From assembly GCA_963666275.2 (NCBI GenBank), contig CAXXOA010000001.1, positions 1,792,001-1,856,000 on the forward strand: DNA of 64,000 bases. Reading direction: 5' to 3'. The notes beneath the pieces are model-generated. The model saw only the letters and a program-made list of their open reading frames with translations. It was not told the origin of the DNA and did not search any database. The position numbers were made by a program, and so were the translations under genes. Below, in pieces: positions 27,573-39,050 of this stretch (positions are counted from its first letter, which is position 1; each line of letters starts with the position of its first letter). This DNA comes from Oceanispirochaeta sp. Lineage in GTDB: Bacteria; Spirochaetota; Spirochaetia; DSM-2461.

Positions 27573-28858
27573 ATGAGTAAAACCGAACACTTTGATGTTG
27601 TTATAATAGGCACAGGCCCCGGAGGTCTCGGGGCGGCTTTCCGTCTTATAGAAGCCCGGCCGGATCTGAAAATCCTGATGCTGGAGAAAGAGAATTTCTC
27701 CACCGGTGGATTAAGAAATGACTGCAAAATGAATTTTACCTTTCCCATCGGATTTCCCCTGGATAACTGGTCCCGGGAGGAAGCGGATTTCTATCTGGAA
27801 CAGGTGGAAGCCATTCTGAAACCGGAACTACTGCCAAGGACAAATCTTGATATCTATAAGAACAGAGCCAAATCCCTGGGAGTGGATCTGCTCAATATTA
27901 GACAGTCCCATCTGGGGACGGATGGCGGTCTGGAGCTTATCAAGAAACTCTGTGCCCGCTTGGAAGAGCTGGGAGTGACCATCAAACTCGGTACAGAGGC
28001 TCTGGGAGTTGTTCCTGAAAGCAAAAGCCTTGAAACCTCGGAAGGCCCGTTTCTGTTCGACCATATGATTGTGGCTCCCGGACGGCACGGCTTTCAGTTC
28101 CTGCAGAATATAATGCGGTCACTGGGAATCTTTTTTATAGATAATATCGTTGATATCGGTATACGGGTCGAGACCAGGATGGAACACTATCCGATTGTGA
28201 AAGACTACTATGACCCCAAATTCCATTTTCCAGGCAAAGTACGAACCTTCTGTACCAACAGCCGCAGTGCCTATGTGGTCCAGGAAAAATACGAGTCCCG
28301 GGGGGGGCAGCCATTCTACAGCGTGAACGGTCATGCCTGGTCCGCCCAGAAAAAAAAGCAGAACGATCTTGTCAATTTTGCCATGCTTAAAACCATAAAG
28401 CTCACGGAACCTCTTGCCAGCGGTCATCGATTCGCAGAAATACTGGGACTCCAGGCCGCTCTTCTGGGGGGAGGGAAACCCATTATGCAGAGGGTCGGAG
28501 ATTTCCGTATTGCCAAACGGTCCAAACAGGGATCTTTCAATCATGATCTCTATGATTTCGAACCCACACTGAAAGGGGCTACCCCCGGGGATATCTCCCT
28601 GGCCATGCCCTCCAAGATCCTCCGGGCCATCTGGAAATCCATGAAACAGCTGGATACCATCGTCCCCGGCGTTCTTCATCCCAGTACAATCATGTACTAC
28701 CCGGAAATTAAAATGTATGCCAATAAACCCAAATTCCTGGACAGATATTTCCGTGTCCACGACAGTATCTATATGATCGGTGACGGTGCGGGAACAAGCC
28801 GCGGGATTACCGGAGCCTGGGCCAGCGGAATTCGGGCGGCAGAAGGAATATTGAATAA

Positions 28859-28862
<4 letters not shown>
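27573..28862 (+). CDS. FAD-dependent oxidoreductase
   Basis: VVIIGTGPGG, DIGIRVE, RTFCTN, YPEIKMY, IGDGAGTSRG. Confidence 0.85.
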
Positions 28863-30430
<1,568 letters not shown>

Positions 30431-30508
30431 AAAAGTTCTGAAACCGGTGTAACGATTCAACAGGGCATGTGTTTAATCTAATAAAAACCAGAAACAGGAT
30501 CCGGAAAC

Positions 30509-31474
30509 ATGAATACCGAACTGATAGAAGAAACCGATACAAGAAATGCAGCCATTCTAATCAGTAATATACGAAATGAGATAGGCAAAGTCGTTGTGGG
30601 CCAGGAGAAAGTCGTTAACAGGCTTCTTCTGGGGCTCATATGCAATCAGCATGTCCTTCTGGAGGGGGTTCCAGGACTGGCAAAGACTCTTCTGGTCACA
30701 ACCCTCGCCAGGGTCATGGATGCCGATTCGGGGAGGATTCAGTTTACACCGGATCTTCTTCCGGCTGACCTGACGGGAACTCTGATCTATAACCCTGCGG
30801 ATGCCTCTTTCTATCCGCGAAGGGGACCGGTATTTACAAATATTCTGCTGGCAGATGAGGTGAACAGAGCCCCGGCAAAAGTTCAAAGCGCCCTGCTTGA
30901 GGCCATGCAGGAAAGACAGGTAACCATCGGGGATGAAACCTATCCGATGGAAAATCTGTTTATGGTTCTTGCCACTCAGAATCCTGTGGAACAGGAGGGG
31001 ACCTATCCGCTGCCGGAAGCTCAGGTGGACCGGTTTATGATGAAGCTCCTTGTCAGTTATCCCGAACGGGAGGAGGAACTGGGAATTATCCGTTCCCACA
31101 GCAGAAGTTCCACTCTCTATCAACCCGAATCAGTCTGTTCCGCCCGGGAAATCCTTGAGCTCAGGGATCTCACCGAGAAAGTCTATCTCGATTCCCGGCT
31201 GGAGGAGTATATTGTTGATATCATCCGGGCTACCCGGGAAGAAAACGGATATATCCAGTACGGAGCGTCCCCGAGAGCGTCCATTTTCCTCTGCCAGGCT
31301 TCCCGGGCTCTGGCATTGATGAATGGCAGAAATTATGTTTCCCCTTCGGATATAAGGGACATTGCTCCGGATATTCTCAGACACAGGATCATCATCAGTT
31401 ACGAGGCTGAGGCTGAAGGGATCACATCGGATGATCTGATTCAGGAAATACTTAAAAATCTTCCGGCCCTCTGA
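30509..31474 (+). CDS. moxR: MoxR family AAA+ ATPase
   Basis: LEGVPGLAKT, RIQFTPDLLPAD, LADEVNRAPAKVQSALLEAMQE, EGTYPLPEAQVDRF. Confidence 0.95.
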   Translation: MNTELIEETDTRNAAILISNIRNEIGKVVVGQEKVVNRLLLGLICNQHVLLEGVPGLAKTLLVTTLARVMDADSGRIQFTPDLLPADLTGTLIYNPADASFYPRRGPVFTNILLADEVNRAPAKVQSALLEAMQERQVTIGDETYPMENLFMVLATQNPVEQEGTYPLPEAQVDRFMMKLLVSYPEREEELGIIRSHSRSSTLYQPESVCSAREILELRDLTEKVYLDSRLEEYIVDIIRATREENGYIQYGASPRASIFLCQASRALALMNGRNYVSPSDIRDIAPDILRHRIIISYEAEAEGITSDDLIQEILKNLPAL

Positions 31475-31488
31475 TATCAGGATTTCCC

Positions 31489-32362
31489 ATGATTGATAAA
31501 GACCTCCGTAAAAAAATGGAACGTATCCGGGTCATGACCCGGAAAAAGATCACGGCCTCATTTGCAGGAGACTATCAGAGTGCGTTTAAAGGCAGAGGGA
31601 TGGAGTTTGAAGAAGTCAGACCCTATCAGCCGGGAGATGAAATTCGTTTTATTGACTGGAATGTCACCGCCAGGAGCACAGAACCCTGGGTAAAGCTCTT
31701 CCGTGAAGAGAGAGAGTTGACCATGTTCCTTATGGTGGATCTCTCTGCTTCCGGGCTGTTCCCCCTGTCCGGTAAAACAAGAAACGAAGCGGCCGCAGAA
31801 CTCTGTGCCATGCTTGCCTATACAGCCATAAGCAATAATGACCGTGTGGGAATGAGTGTCTTTACCGACCGGATAGAGAAATTCATCCCTCCGGGAAAGG
31901 GAAGCCGCCATGTGCTTCATCTTGTGGAAGAGGTTCTCTCCCATACCCCCGGGGGGACAGGGACATCCCTCAAAAATGCCCTTGAATATGCGGCGGCCCT
32001 TTTAAAGAAAAAAACAATCCTTATTATCATATCTGACTTCCTGGATACAGGATTTGAACATGCTCTGGGATATCTTGCGGAAAAGCATGATCTCCTCTGT
32101 ATTCAGCTGCAGGATGAGAGAGACTCTCCCGCCGCCCGGAGGGATCTTTTCTCTGACCGATCCGGAATCCGGCAGAGAGGCGTATTTTGATTTTTCCAGT
32201 AGAAAAGTGAGGCGGGAATGGCTGGCCTCCAATGAAAAGAGGCAGAGGGATCTGGAGACTCTGATGCGAAAGCATCAGGCGGATCTGCTCAGGCTCAGCC
32301 GCCCCGAAGAGTGGGTGGATCAGTTAACCCGATTTTTCATTGCTCGGGGGAACCGACAGTGA
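31489..32362 (+). pseudogene. DUF58 domain protein, frameshifted at a (GA)4 tract
   Basis: N-part has GMEFEEVRPYQPGDEIRFIDWNVTAR and ISDF; the C-part (ETLPPPGGIFSLTDPESG...FFIARGNRQ*) is in another frame. Junction at 32116-32123. Confidence 0.85.
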
Positions 32363-33282
32363 GAGCCGCTTTTCTTCTTCCGATCCTGTTTCTGCTTTTC
32401 AACTGTTCTTCTCCTGACGAAAACTCCCGGAAGATTAAACAACCCTATGAAACAAGTGTAACACAACAGTCCGGTGAGATTACCATGGAGTGGATGGATC
32501 AAACCTTCTTTTTCACTGATATTATCACTGTTAAACTGAGAACCCGCCTTAATGAGGGACGTGTTTTGATTGAGACTCTTCCCGATGAAGGAGAATCCTG
32601 GGGCCCCTTTGAAGTGTACAGAAGAGGGATGGACCGGGAGGGAGCGATCCTGTTTCAGCTTTTACCGGAAGCAACAGGCGATCTTGAGCTGCCCTCTCTT
32701 TCCGTGGGCGTCAGCGGAGCCTCAGGAGAGGAACTTTTCCCGCTGCCTTCTATCGCTTTCACTATAAAATCCTCTCTTTCGGAAAACAGGGAGGAACCTT
32801 TTGATCTTAAAGGGCCGGAGGAACAGAAGAATCGAAAGGGTCTTTTTTTCACTCTCATTCCGCTTTTCCTCCTTTTCGCAGCTGCCGGATTTCTTTGGTA
32901 TCTGAAAAAGAGAAAAAAAGCCGTTCCTCTCACTTCCGGAAGAGCGAATCCGGATAAAATTATGCAGGATCTTAATGACCTTTCAACGAAACCCGAGAGC
33001 CCTGAAGCGTACTGTCAGCTCTTTATCCTTTTCAGAGAGGGGCTATCTCTTTTTAAGGAAAATACTCCTGCCGTTTCCGACCCGGAGGAACTGCAGAGTT
33101 CCCTTGGAGAATTGAAAGATATTCCAGATCAGATGATTTTAACGGCAATGTCCATGCTGGACCGGATGGATCAGATCCTGTTTTCTCCTCCCCGGAATGT
33201 ACCGGCATCAGGACTTTTTGAAAAAGACTGTGTTTTTGTACGGTCTTTCCTGCAGTTTCTGCAGGATCAGGAGGCCCGTTAA
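32359..33282 (+). CDS. Bat-operon membrane-anchored hypothetical protein (probable lipoprotein)
   Basis: GTG overlapping the DUF58 stop (GTGA); LLFN-C lipobox; internal TM followed by KKRKK; sits between DUF58 and BatA. Confidence 0.7.
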   Translation: MRAAFLLPILFLLFNCSSPDENSRKIKQPYETSVTQQSGEITMEWMDQTFFFTDIITVKLRTRLNEGRVLIETLPDEGESWGPFEVYRRGMDREGAILFQLLPEATGDLELPSLSVGVSGASGEELFPLPSIAFTIKSSLSENREEPFDLKGPEEQKNRKGLFFTLIPLFLLFAAAGFLWYLKKRKKAVPLTSGRANPDKIMQDLNDLSTKPESPEAYCQLFILFREGLSLFKENTPAVSDPEELQSSLGELKDIPDQMILTAMSMLDRMDQILFSPPRNVPASGLFEKDCVFVRSFLQFLQDQEAR

Positions 33283-34283
33283 TGCTGCAGCTTATGTATC
33301 CCTTCGGTCTTGCAGGTTTGGGAATGATTCCCTTCTATCTCTATTTCTCTTTCAGAAAGAGCAGGGGAATACTCTATCCCTCTCTGGAACATCAGAGTCA
33401 GGGAAAAACACTCCGTATCAGGCTTTTGTTCCTTCCCCGACTCCTTTATACGGCCTCTCTCGTTCTCTGGATTATCGCCCTGTGCCGTCCTGTTTCCTTC
33501 GATGCGGACAGCCGGGATTCCAGGAACGGCATCATACTGGAGATGCTTCTGGACAGGAGCGGCAGTATGGGCACCTGGATGGATACGGATCAGAAGGAAA
33601 ACCGTCTTGATATTGCCAAGAGAACATTCCTTGATTTTATCTCCCGGCGGGAAAATGATGTGATAGGCCTGGTAAGCTTTGCCAGGTATGCGGACACCCT
33701 CAGTCCTCTGACGGGATCACATGGTATTTTTCAGGATTTTGTCGCCTCCATCGATCTTGCTCATAAGGATGAGGACGGAACCGCTGTAGGGGAAGCTCTG
33801 GCTCTGGGTGTGGCCAGAATAGAATCCTACAGAGCAGGAATGCCCGCTGATTCGGCCCCTCAGGCTGTGATGATCCTTCTGACGGATGGACAGAACAATC
33901 AGGGGGCTATTACGCCGCAGCAAGCTTCCGATCTGGCAGAGGAAAAGGGAATTACTGTCTATACCATTGGATTCGGAGGAGGGTATTACAGGAATGCCTT
34001 CGGTTTCTGGGACAGAATCCCGAAGGATTACGGTATAGATGAAAAACTTCTGCAGGAGATAGCAGAAAAGACGGGAGGTCTCTATTTCAATGCGGAAAAT
34101 GAAGCGTCCCTTGAAAGTATCTATGAGAAAATAGACAAACTGGAAAAAACGCGCCTTGATACCGTGAATTTTACAAGGAAAAGGGAACTCTTCCAGGGCT
34201 TTCTGCTGGCAGGACTGGTTCTGATGCTTCTCTCACTGTTTCTGCAGGATCTATTCTTTCCCGTCATAAAGGAGGGGCTATGA
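33282..34283 (+). CDS. batA: VWA-domain protein BatA-like
   Basis: N-terminal TMs, MIDAS DRSGS, GTAVGEAL, LLTDGQNN, VYTIGFG. Confidence 0.85.
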   Translation: MLQLMYPFGLAGLGMIPFYLYFSFRKSRGILYPSLEHQSQGKTLRIRLLFLPRLLYTASLVLWIIALCRPVSFDADSRDSRNGIILEMLLDRSGSMGTWMDTDQKENRLDIAKRTFLDFISRRENDVIGLVSFARYADTLSPLTGSHGIFQDFVASIDLAHKDEDGTAVGEALALGVARIESYRAGMPADSAPQAVMILLTDGQNNQGAITPQQASDLAEEKGITVYTIGFGGGYYRNAFGFWDRIPKDYGIDEKLLQEIAEKTGGLYFNAENEASLESIYEKIDKLEKTRLDTVNFTRKRELFQGFLLAGLVLMLLSLFLQDLFFPVIKEGL

Positions 34284-35239
34284 ACTTCCTGAATCCCGAA
34301 TACAGTCTGTTTCTGATTATTATCCTGTTGTCGCTGCCTGTATACGTCCTGGCTGAAATACGAAAATCCCGTTTCAGAGCCTATTTTGCTCCTTCCGGAT
34401 CCCGTGTCATATTTCCGGAGAGACTTCCTATCCTGGCGGGGATCATCCTGGCTGTGATGGCCCTGATGAGACCTGTTTCCCATCCCCGGGAGCAGGAGGT
34501 TCAGCTCAAGGGGCGGGATATCGTATTTCTTGTGGATGTGTCCCGGAGTATGCTGGCGGAAGATCTTGTTCCCAGCCGTCTGGACCGTACCAGATTTGAC
34601 ATTGAAGGGGCTATGAACGCACTCTACGGCAACCGGGTAGGTCTTGTTGCTTTTGCCGGGGATGCGGTACTCAAATGCCCTCTTACCACGGATTACGGGT
34701 TTTTTCTGCAGACTGTGAGAGACCTTTCCGTAAATAGTGTCACAAGGGGAGGCAGCAGTATCGGAGACGCGATCCGCTTTGCCATTGATCAGTTCTACAG
34801 GGACGGTGAGGGCAGCGGTCTGGATATATTCCTAATCACTGATGGAGAGGATCAGAATACTTTTCCTCTGGAAGCCGCTGAAAAGGCAGGGGATCTGGGC
34901 ATCTCCCTGATTTCCATTGCCCTGGGAGATCCGGAACAGGGCGCCATCGTCCCTGATACACAGTACCGGGGCAGTGAGGTTTATTCTGTTCCCGATGCAG
35001 ACACACTGAAAGCCATTGCTGAAAGGTCGGGGAGTGGACTTTATCTTTCTGTTCCCGGTGGAGCCATTGATTTTTCCTCTCTGATCGGGCAGATCAGCAG
35101 CAGAGAGAAATCCACAGGCAATGACAGATATACCAGCTATTCGGAACATTATCTCTGGTTTCTCATTCCCGGATTTCTTCTGGTTACTATTGGCGTTCTG
35201 ATGAGAAGATTCTTTCCAGAGAGGAGGCCCGGCCAATGA
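34280..35239 (+). CDS. batB: VWA-domain protein BatB-like
   Basis: DVSRSMLAEDLVPSRL, GLVAFAG, PLTTDY, LITDGED. Confidence 0.85.
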   Translation: MNFLNPEYSLFLIIILLSLPVYVLAEIRKSRFRAYFAPSGSRVIFPERLPILAGIILAVMALMRPVSHPREQEVQLKGRDIVFLVDVSRSMLAEDLVPSRLDRTRFDIEGAMNALYGNRVGLVAFAGDAVLKCPLTTDYGFFLQTVRDLSVNSVTRGGSSIGDAIRFAIDQFYRDGEGSGLDIFLITDGEDQNTFPLEAAEKAGDLGISLISIALGDPEQGAIVPDTQYRGSEVYSVPDADTLKAIAERSGSGLYLSVPGGAIDFSSLIGQISSREKSTGNDRYTSYSEHYLWFLIPGFLLVTIGVLMRRFFPERRPGQ

Positions 35240-36099
35240 AATGGACAAGGGTTCTCTTCCCCCTCCTGTTTATTCCAGTTCTTTTGTGGTCTCAGGAAAA
35301 AGACAGGCCTGTGAGAGATGGTTTTTCATTTTATGATCAGGGTGAGTATAGCAAAGCGGCAGATGCCTTTCTGGAGAAAGCTCTGGAGCAAACAGATTCT
35401 GAGGAAAGGAGCCGCAGCCTCTACAATGCAGGCTGTTCTCTCTATCAGGATTACAGGGAGCAGGGGAATGGCGAATCTTTGGAAAGGGCTGTTTCTGTTT
35501 ATTACAGGGTTCTGCAGCTGGATCCTTCAAACAGGGAAGCGGCGCACAATCTGGAAATAGCCAGGAAAGAGCTGCTGAATCAGAATCGGGAGCAGGACAA
35601 TCAGATAAATGAAAATCAGAACCGGGAGCAGAGCCAGGAGACTTCAGAACAGAGTCAGAAAAGTTCATCCCCACTGGCGGATAAACAGGATTCCCTGGCT
35701 CAAAGGCAGGATCAGACAAGCCAGCAGCATCAGAAAGAGCAGGAGGAACTGAATCAGCAGACCCGGGAGGCCATGGAGAATGCCGATGATCCCGACGAAA
35801 AAAACAGGTTCTCAGAGGCACTGGAAAAGCAGCAGCAGGCGATGGAACAGATGCAGAAGGGAAATGCTGAGGAAGCGAGAAAACGGCAGGAGGAGGCGGC
35901 AGCTTCGCTGAAGCAGCTGAGTCCCTCCGGGGATATGGGGGATTCAGCTGCTTCAATGGAATCAGCTCAACAGGATGCCACTGGTCCGGAAAATCCTCTC
36001 GATCAGGAACTGCAGCAGATACTCAATGCGGAACAGAGAAGAAATGATAAGGAAGCTGAGGGAGATGCAAACTACAACCAAGTGGAGAGAAACTGGTGA
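35236..36099 (+). CDS. batC: TPR protein with Q/E-rich tail, BatC-like
   Basis: Signal peptide, YNAG..LY, AAHNLE TPR motifs, Q/E-rich linker, C-terminal VERNW. Confidence 0.75.
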   Translation: MKWTRVLFPLLFIPVLLWSQEKDRPVRDGFSFYDQGEYSKAADAFLEKALEQTDSEERSRSLYNAGCSLYQDYREQGNGESLERAVSVYYRVLQLDPSNREAAHNLEIARKELLNQNREQDNQINENQNREQSQETSEQSQKSSSPLADKQDSLAQRQDQTSQQHQKEQEELNQQTREAMENADDPDEKNRFSEALEKQQQAMEQMQKGNAEEARKRQEEAAASLKQLSPSGDMGDSAASMESAQQDATGPENPLDQELQQILNAEQRRNDKEAEGDANYNQVERNW

Positions 36100-37859
36100 A
36101 AAAAAAGAGTGAACTTTCAATTTTTCTTTTTCTCCTGATCATGATACCTCTGGGAGCCCAGAGCGTCAGAGCCAGTATGGAAAGTACTACAGCCTATGTG
36201 GGGCAGTCTGTGATGTATACAATTCAGATCAGCGGTACAGAGAGTGCGGAACGGCCTGAACTATGGGGGTTTTCGGATTTTTCTGTGGCAGAAGCCGGGG
36301 AATCCAGATCTGTCAACTCATCCTTTGTGAACGGCAGGGCCAGCCGCCAGGTTATCAGTGAGTTCAAATGGGCTTTAACTCCTCTGAAAACAGGAGATTT
36401 AACCATTCCCGCCGTGGAAGTTGAGATCGACGGAAAGACACTGGCTACCCGGAAGGGGGTCCTCCAGGTAAAAAAGCCGGGAAAAATTGCCGGATACGAG
36501 CTCTTTCTGACAGCGGACTCCCTTAAGGCTTTTCCGGGTATGCCTGTCAGACTCACCCTGAAATGGCTCTTTTCCTCCCAGGTCTCATCTCCCGAATTTG
36601 TACTGCCTTTTCTTGAGAATCCGGACTTGGAAGTCCATGGTGTTCCGGCCCCCTCCAGCGGGAGCAATGATATCTATGAGTTGCTTATCAATGGAGAGAA
36701 GGTCTATGCAATGCAGTCTTCGGAGATTTACGAAGGCAAACAGTACGCCTCTTTGACTATGTACTGGGATCTCTATCCTCTGAAGGCAGGTTCCCTTGAA
36801 ATCAGCGGTACTCTCCTTTCATTCAAAAGAGCCACAGGACGGGACGGATGGGGGAATTACTCCTATGAAAATGCTGTTATTCCCGGAAATTCTCTCACAC
36901 TGCAGGTTGAGGATATTCCTTCTGAACTGGCGGATTTTCCCGGAGGCGTGATCGTCAGCCGGGGAACTCTGGAGCTGGAACTGTCTCTGGACCAGAAGAA
37001 GGTCTATCCCGGCGATCCTGTCTCCCTTAAGGGAGAATTCCGGAATCTCTCCAATCCTGATGTTATGGATTTCAAGGGGTTCGGAAATATTCCTGAAGTG
37101 AACTCTCTTTTCAGAGTGGACAAAGCCGGTCTGACGACCGCAGTGGAAGAGGGGATCCTGACTTTCTCTCAGACCATTCGGCCTCTCTCTGGAAATGTCG
37201 GAGAATTCCCTCCCTTGAAGATTCCCTATTACAATCAGCAGGAGGGGCATGTGGATATTTTTGTCTCTGAACCTCTGAATCTGGAGGTCCTGGCCCTGAA
37301 CAGGGGGAAAAGTGTTCCGGAAGTAGGTGACGGCCTGATCCGTGAGTATGAAAATTCAGAAGAAGAGGACGCCTTATCCATCCATCACAATATGTCTGTT
37401 AATTCTCTGAAGACAGGTCCTGAAATCAGAATTTCCCTCTTTATCTTCCTGATGGCGCCTGTTCTGATCTACCTGATCATTACAGGGGGGCTTTGCTTCT
37501 ATCGGCGTCACTCCCGGTCTCTTATGGATAAAATCGGAGGAAAACAGAAATCCTTCCGCCGTCTGGAAAAAGAGCTCAATCATCTGAAAAGAGACCCCGC
37601 ACTGGATCGCTTGCGTGAGTTTAATGCCTATCTTATCTCCTGGCTGAAAAGTGAGTATGACGGCCTGGTGACTGAGGATCTCACTATTGATCCTGAAATG
37701 GCCTGTCATTATTTCTCTGAATCCCAAACGGATGATCTGAAAGAGATCCTTGAGGAATTGGATGACCTGTGCTGGTCGGGAAAGTCAGTGGATGATCTGT
37801 CATTCCAGGTAAACAGGATTGCAGAGAAATTTTCTGGAAAGAGGAAATCCCTACTATGA
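36096..37859 (+). CDS. batD: BatD-like protein
   Basis: Signal peptide, S..NG..S and LTPLKTGDLTIPAVEV beta-sandwich repeats, C-terminal TM; operon position. Confidence 0.8.
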   Translation: MKKKSELSIFLFLLIMIPLGAQSVRASMESTTAYVGQSVMYTIQISGTESAERPELWGFSDFSVAEAGESRSVNSSFVNGRASRQVISEFKWALTPLKTGDLTIPAVEVEIDGKTLATRKGVLQVKKPGKIAGYELFLTADSLKAFPGMPVRLTLKWLFSSQVSSPEFVLPFLENPDLEVHGVPAPSSGSNDIYELLINGEKVYAMQSSEIYEGKQYASLTMYWDLYPLKAGSLEISGTLLSFKRATGRDGWGNYSYENAVIPGNSLTLQVEDIPSELADFPGGVIVSRGTLELELSLDQKKVYPGDPVSLKGEFRNLSNPDVMDFKGFGNIPEVNSLFRVDKAGLTTAVEEGILTFSQTIRPLSGNVGEFPPLKIPYYNQQEGHVDIFVSEPLNLEVLALNRGKSVPEVGDGLIREYENSEEEDALSIHHNMSVNSLKTGPEIRISLFIFLMAPVLIYLIITGGLCFYRRHSRSLMDKIGGKQKSFRRLEKELNHLKRDPALDRLREFNAYLISWLKSEYDGLVTEDLTIDPEMACHYFSESQTDDLKEILEELDDLCWSGKSVDDLSFQVNRIAEKFSGKRKSLL

Positions 37860-38671
37860 AGACACGACTATTCTCCGGCCTTCTCCTTGTTATACTTTCT
37901 GTCTCGCTCTGGGGAAATCAGGATATACCCTCCTGGCAGGATTCTCTCCACCGGGGGGAGGAAGCCTTTCACAGAGCCCTTGAAAACAGCCTGGACATAA
38001 ACGATCTTTCTGTAGCTGAAAAACATTACAAAGACGCCCTGAAAAAAGGGGCGGATGGCTGGGTAATCCATTACAATCTGGGAAATATCGAGTATCTGCT
38101 GGATAAGGCGCCCTATGCACTGCTGGAATACGCCAGAGCGGGCTATCTCTCTCCGGGCAGAAAGGTACTCCAGGAAAACATTGCCACTGTCAAAGGATTA
38201 TCGGAACAGGAAAAATCCCTTGAGTGGCTGCGGCCTATTCTGTTCGGATCTATCTATCTCCTGGGCTATAGGAATGCCTATTTCTGGGGACTGATTTTCT
38301 ATCTGCTTGCCTGGGGTCTCCTTATAGCCGGAAAATTACTGAAAAAGAGATCTTTGAATCTTACCGGTGTGATTCTGCTTCTACTGGCTCTCTGGAACAC
38401 GGGGCTCTGTTACAGCTGGAATCATCTTTACAGCCGCAGGGGGATTGTTCTCGCGGAAAAGCCGGCTCTCTACAGGGGAGACAGCCGGACCTACGGTCAG
38501 GTGGTTTCGGAATCCCTCAAAGGGGGAGTCTCCGTCACCAGGCTGGAGGAACGGCAGGGTTGGTCCTATGTGAAACTGCCGGACGGGGCAGAGGGCTGGA
38601 TGGAAAACTCAGATTTTCAAATGATCCTTCTTACTGAAGAAACTCTTGATTTTGAAAGCATATCAAAGTAA
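37856..38671 (+). CDS. batE: TPR/SH3b protein, BatE-like
   Basis: YNLGN TPR, two TMs, C-terminal GWSYVKLPDGAEGWM SH3b-like motif. Confidence 0.75.
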   Translation: MKTRLFSGLLLVILSVSLWGNQDIPSWQDSLHRGEEAFHRALENSLDINDLSVAEKHYKDALKKGADGWVIHYNLGNIEYLLDKAPYALLEYARAGYLSPGRKVLQENIATVKGLSEQEKSLEWLRPILFGSIYLLGYRNAYFWGLIFYLLAWGLLIAGKLLKKRSLNLTGVILLLLALWNTGLCYSWNHLYSRRGIVLAEKPALYRGDSRTYGQVVSESLKGGVSVTRLEERQGWSYVKLPDGAEGWMENSDFQMILLTEETLDFESISK

Positions 38672-38680
38672 TTTATATAT

Positions 38681-39049
38681 ATGAAAAACGAGAACGTAGC
38701 TATTTTAGGCGCCAGTAACAAGCCGGACAGATACTCTTTCAAAGCTCTGAATATGCTGATGGAAAATGGTCATCAGGTCTATCCGGTGCATCCTGTTCTA
38801 GAAAAAATACAGGACCAGAACGTATATCCTTCTCTTGCGGATATTGATGAGAAAATTGACACTCTCACAGTGTATGTAGGGCCTCAGAGGATTGTTCCCC
38901 TGATACCGTCCATTGTAAATCTTGCTCCCAGGCGGGTTATACTTAATCCGGGAACCGAATCGGAAGAGCTTAAAACCGCCCTGGAGAGCGCAGGAATTCC
39001 CTATCAGGAAGCCTGCACTCTGGTTCTCCTGAGAACCGGACAGTTCTGA
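38681..39049 (+). CDS. CoA-binding protein (YccU-like)
   Basis: AILGASNKPDRYS, VYPVHP, ILNPGTE, ACTLV. Confidence 0.85.
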   Translation: MKNENVAILGASNKPDRYSFKALNMLMENGHQVYPVHPVLEKIQDQNVYPSLADIDEKIDTLTVYVGPQRIVPLIPSIVNLAPRRVILNPGTESEELKTALESAGIPYQEACTLVLLRTGQF

Positions 39050-39050
39050 T

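Noticed and set aside
16724..28307. G8/C8 homopolymers at 16724-16731, 17909-17916 and 28300-28307 as phase-variation tracts
   Set aside because: All three host genes are in frame and the tracts encode ordinary Gly-Gly. There is no evidence of switching from a single sequence.
35570..36060. CAG/GAG-rich quasi-repeats in the BatC-like gene
   Set aside because: Low-complexity Q/E coding sequence, not a DNA repeat array.
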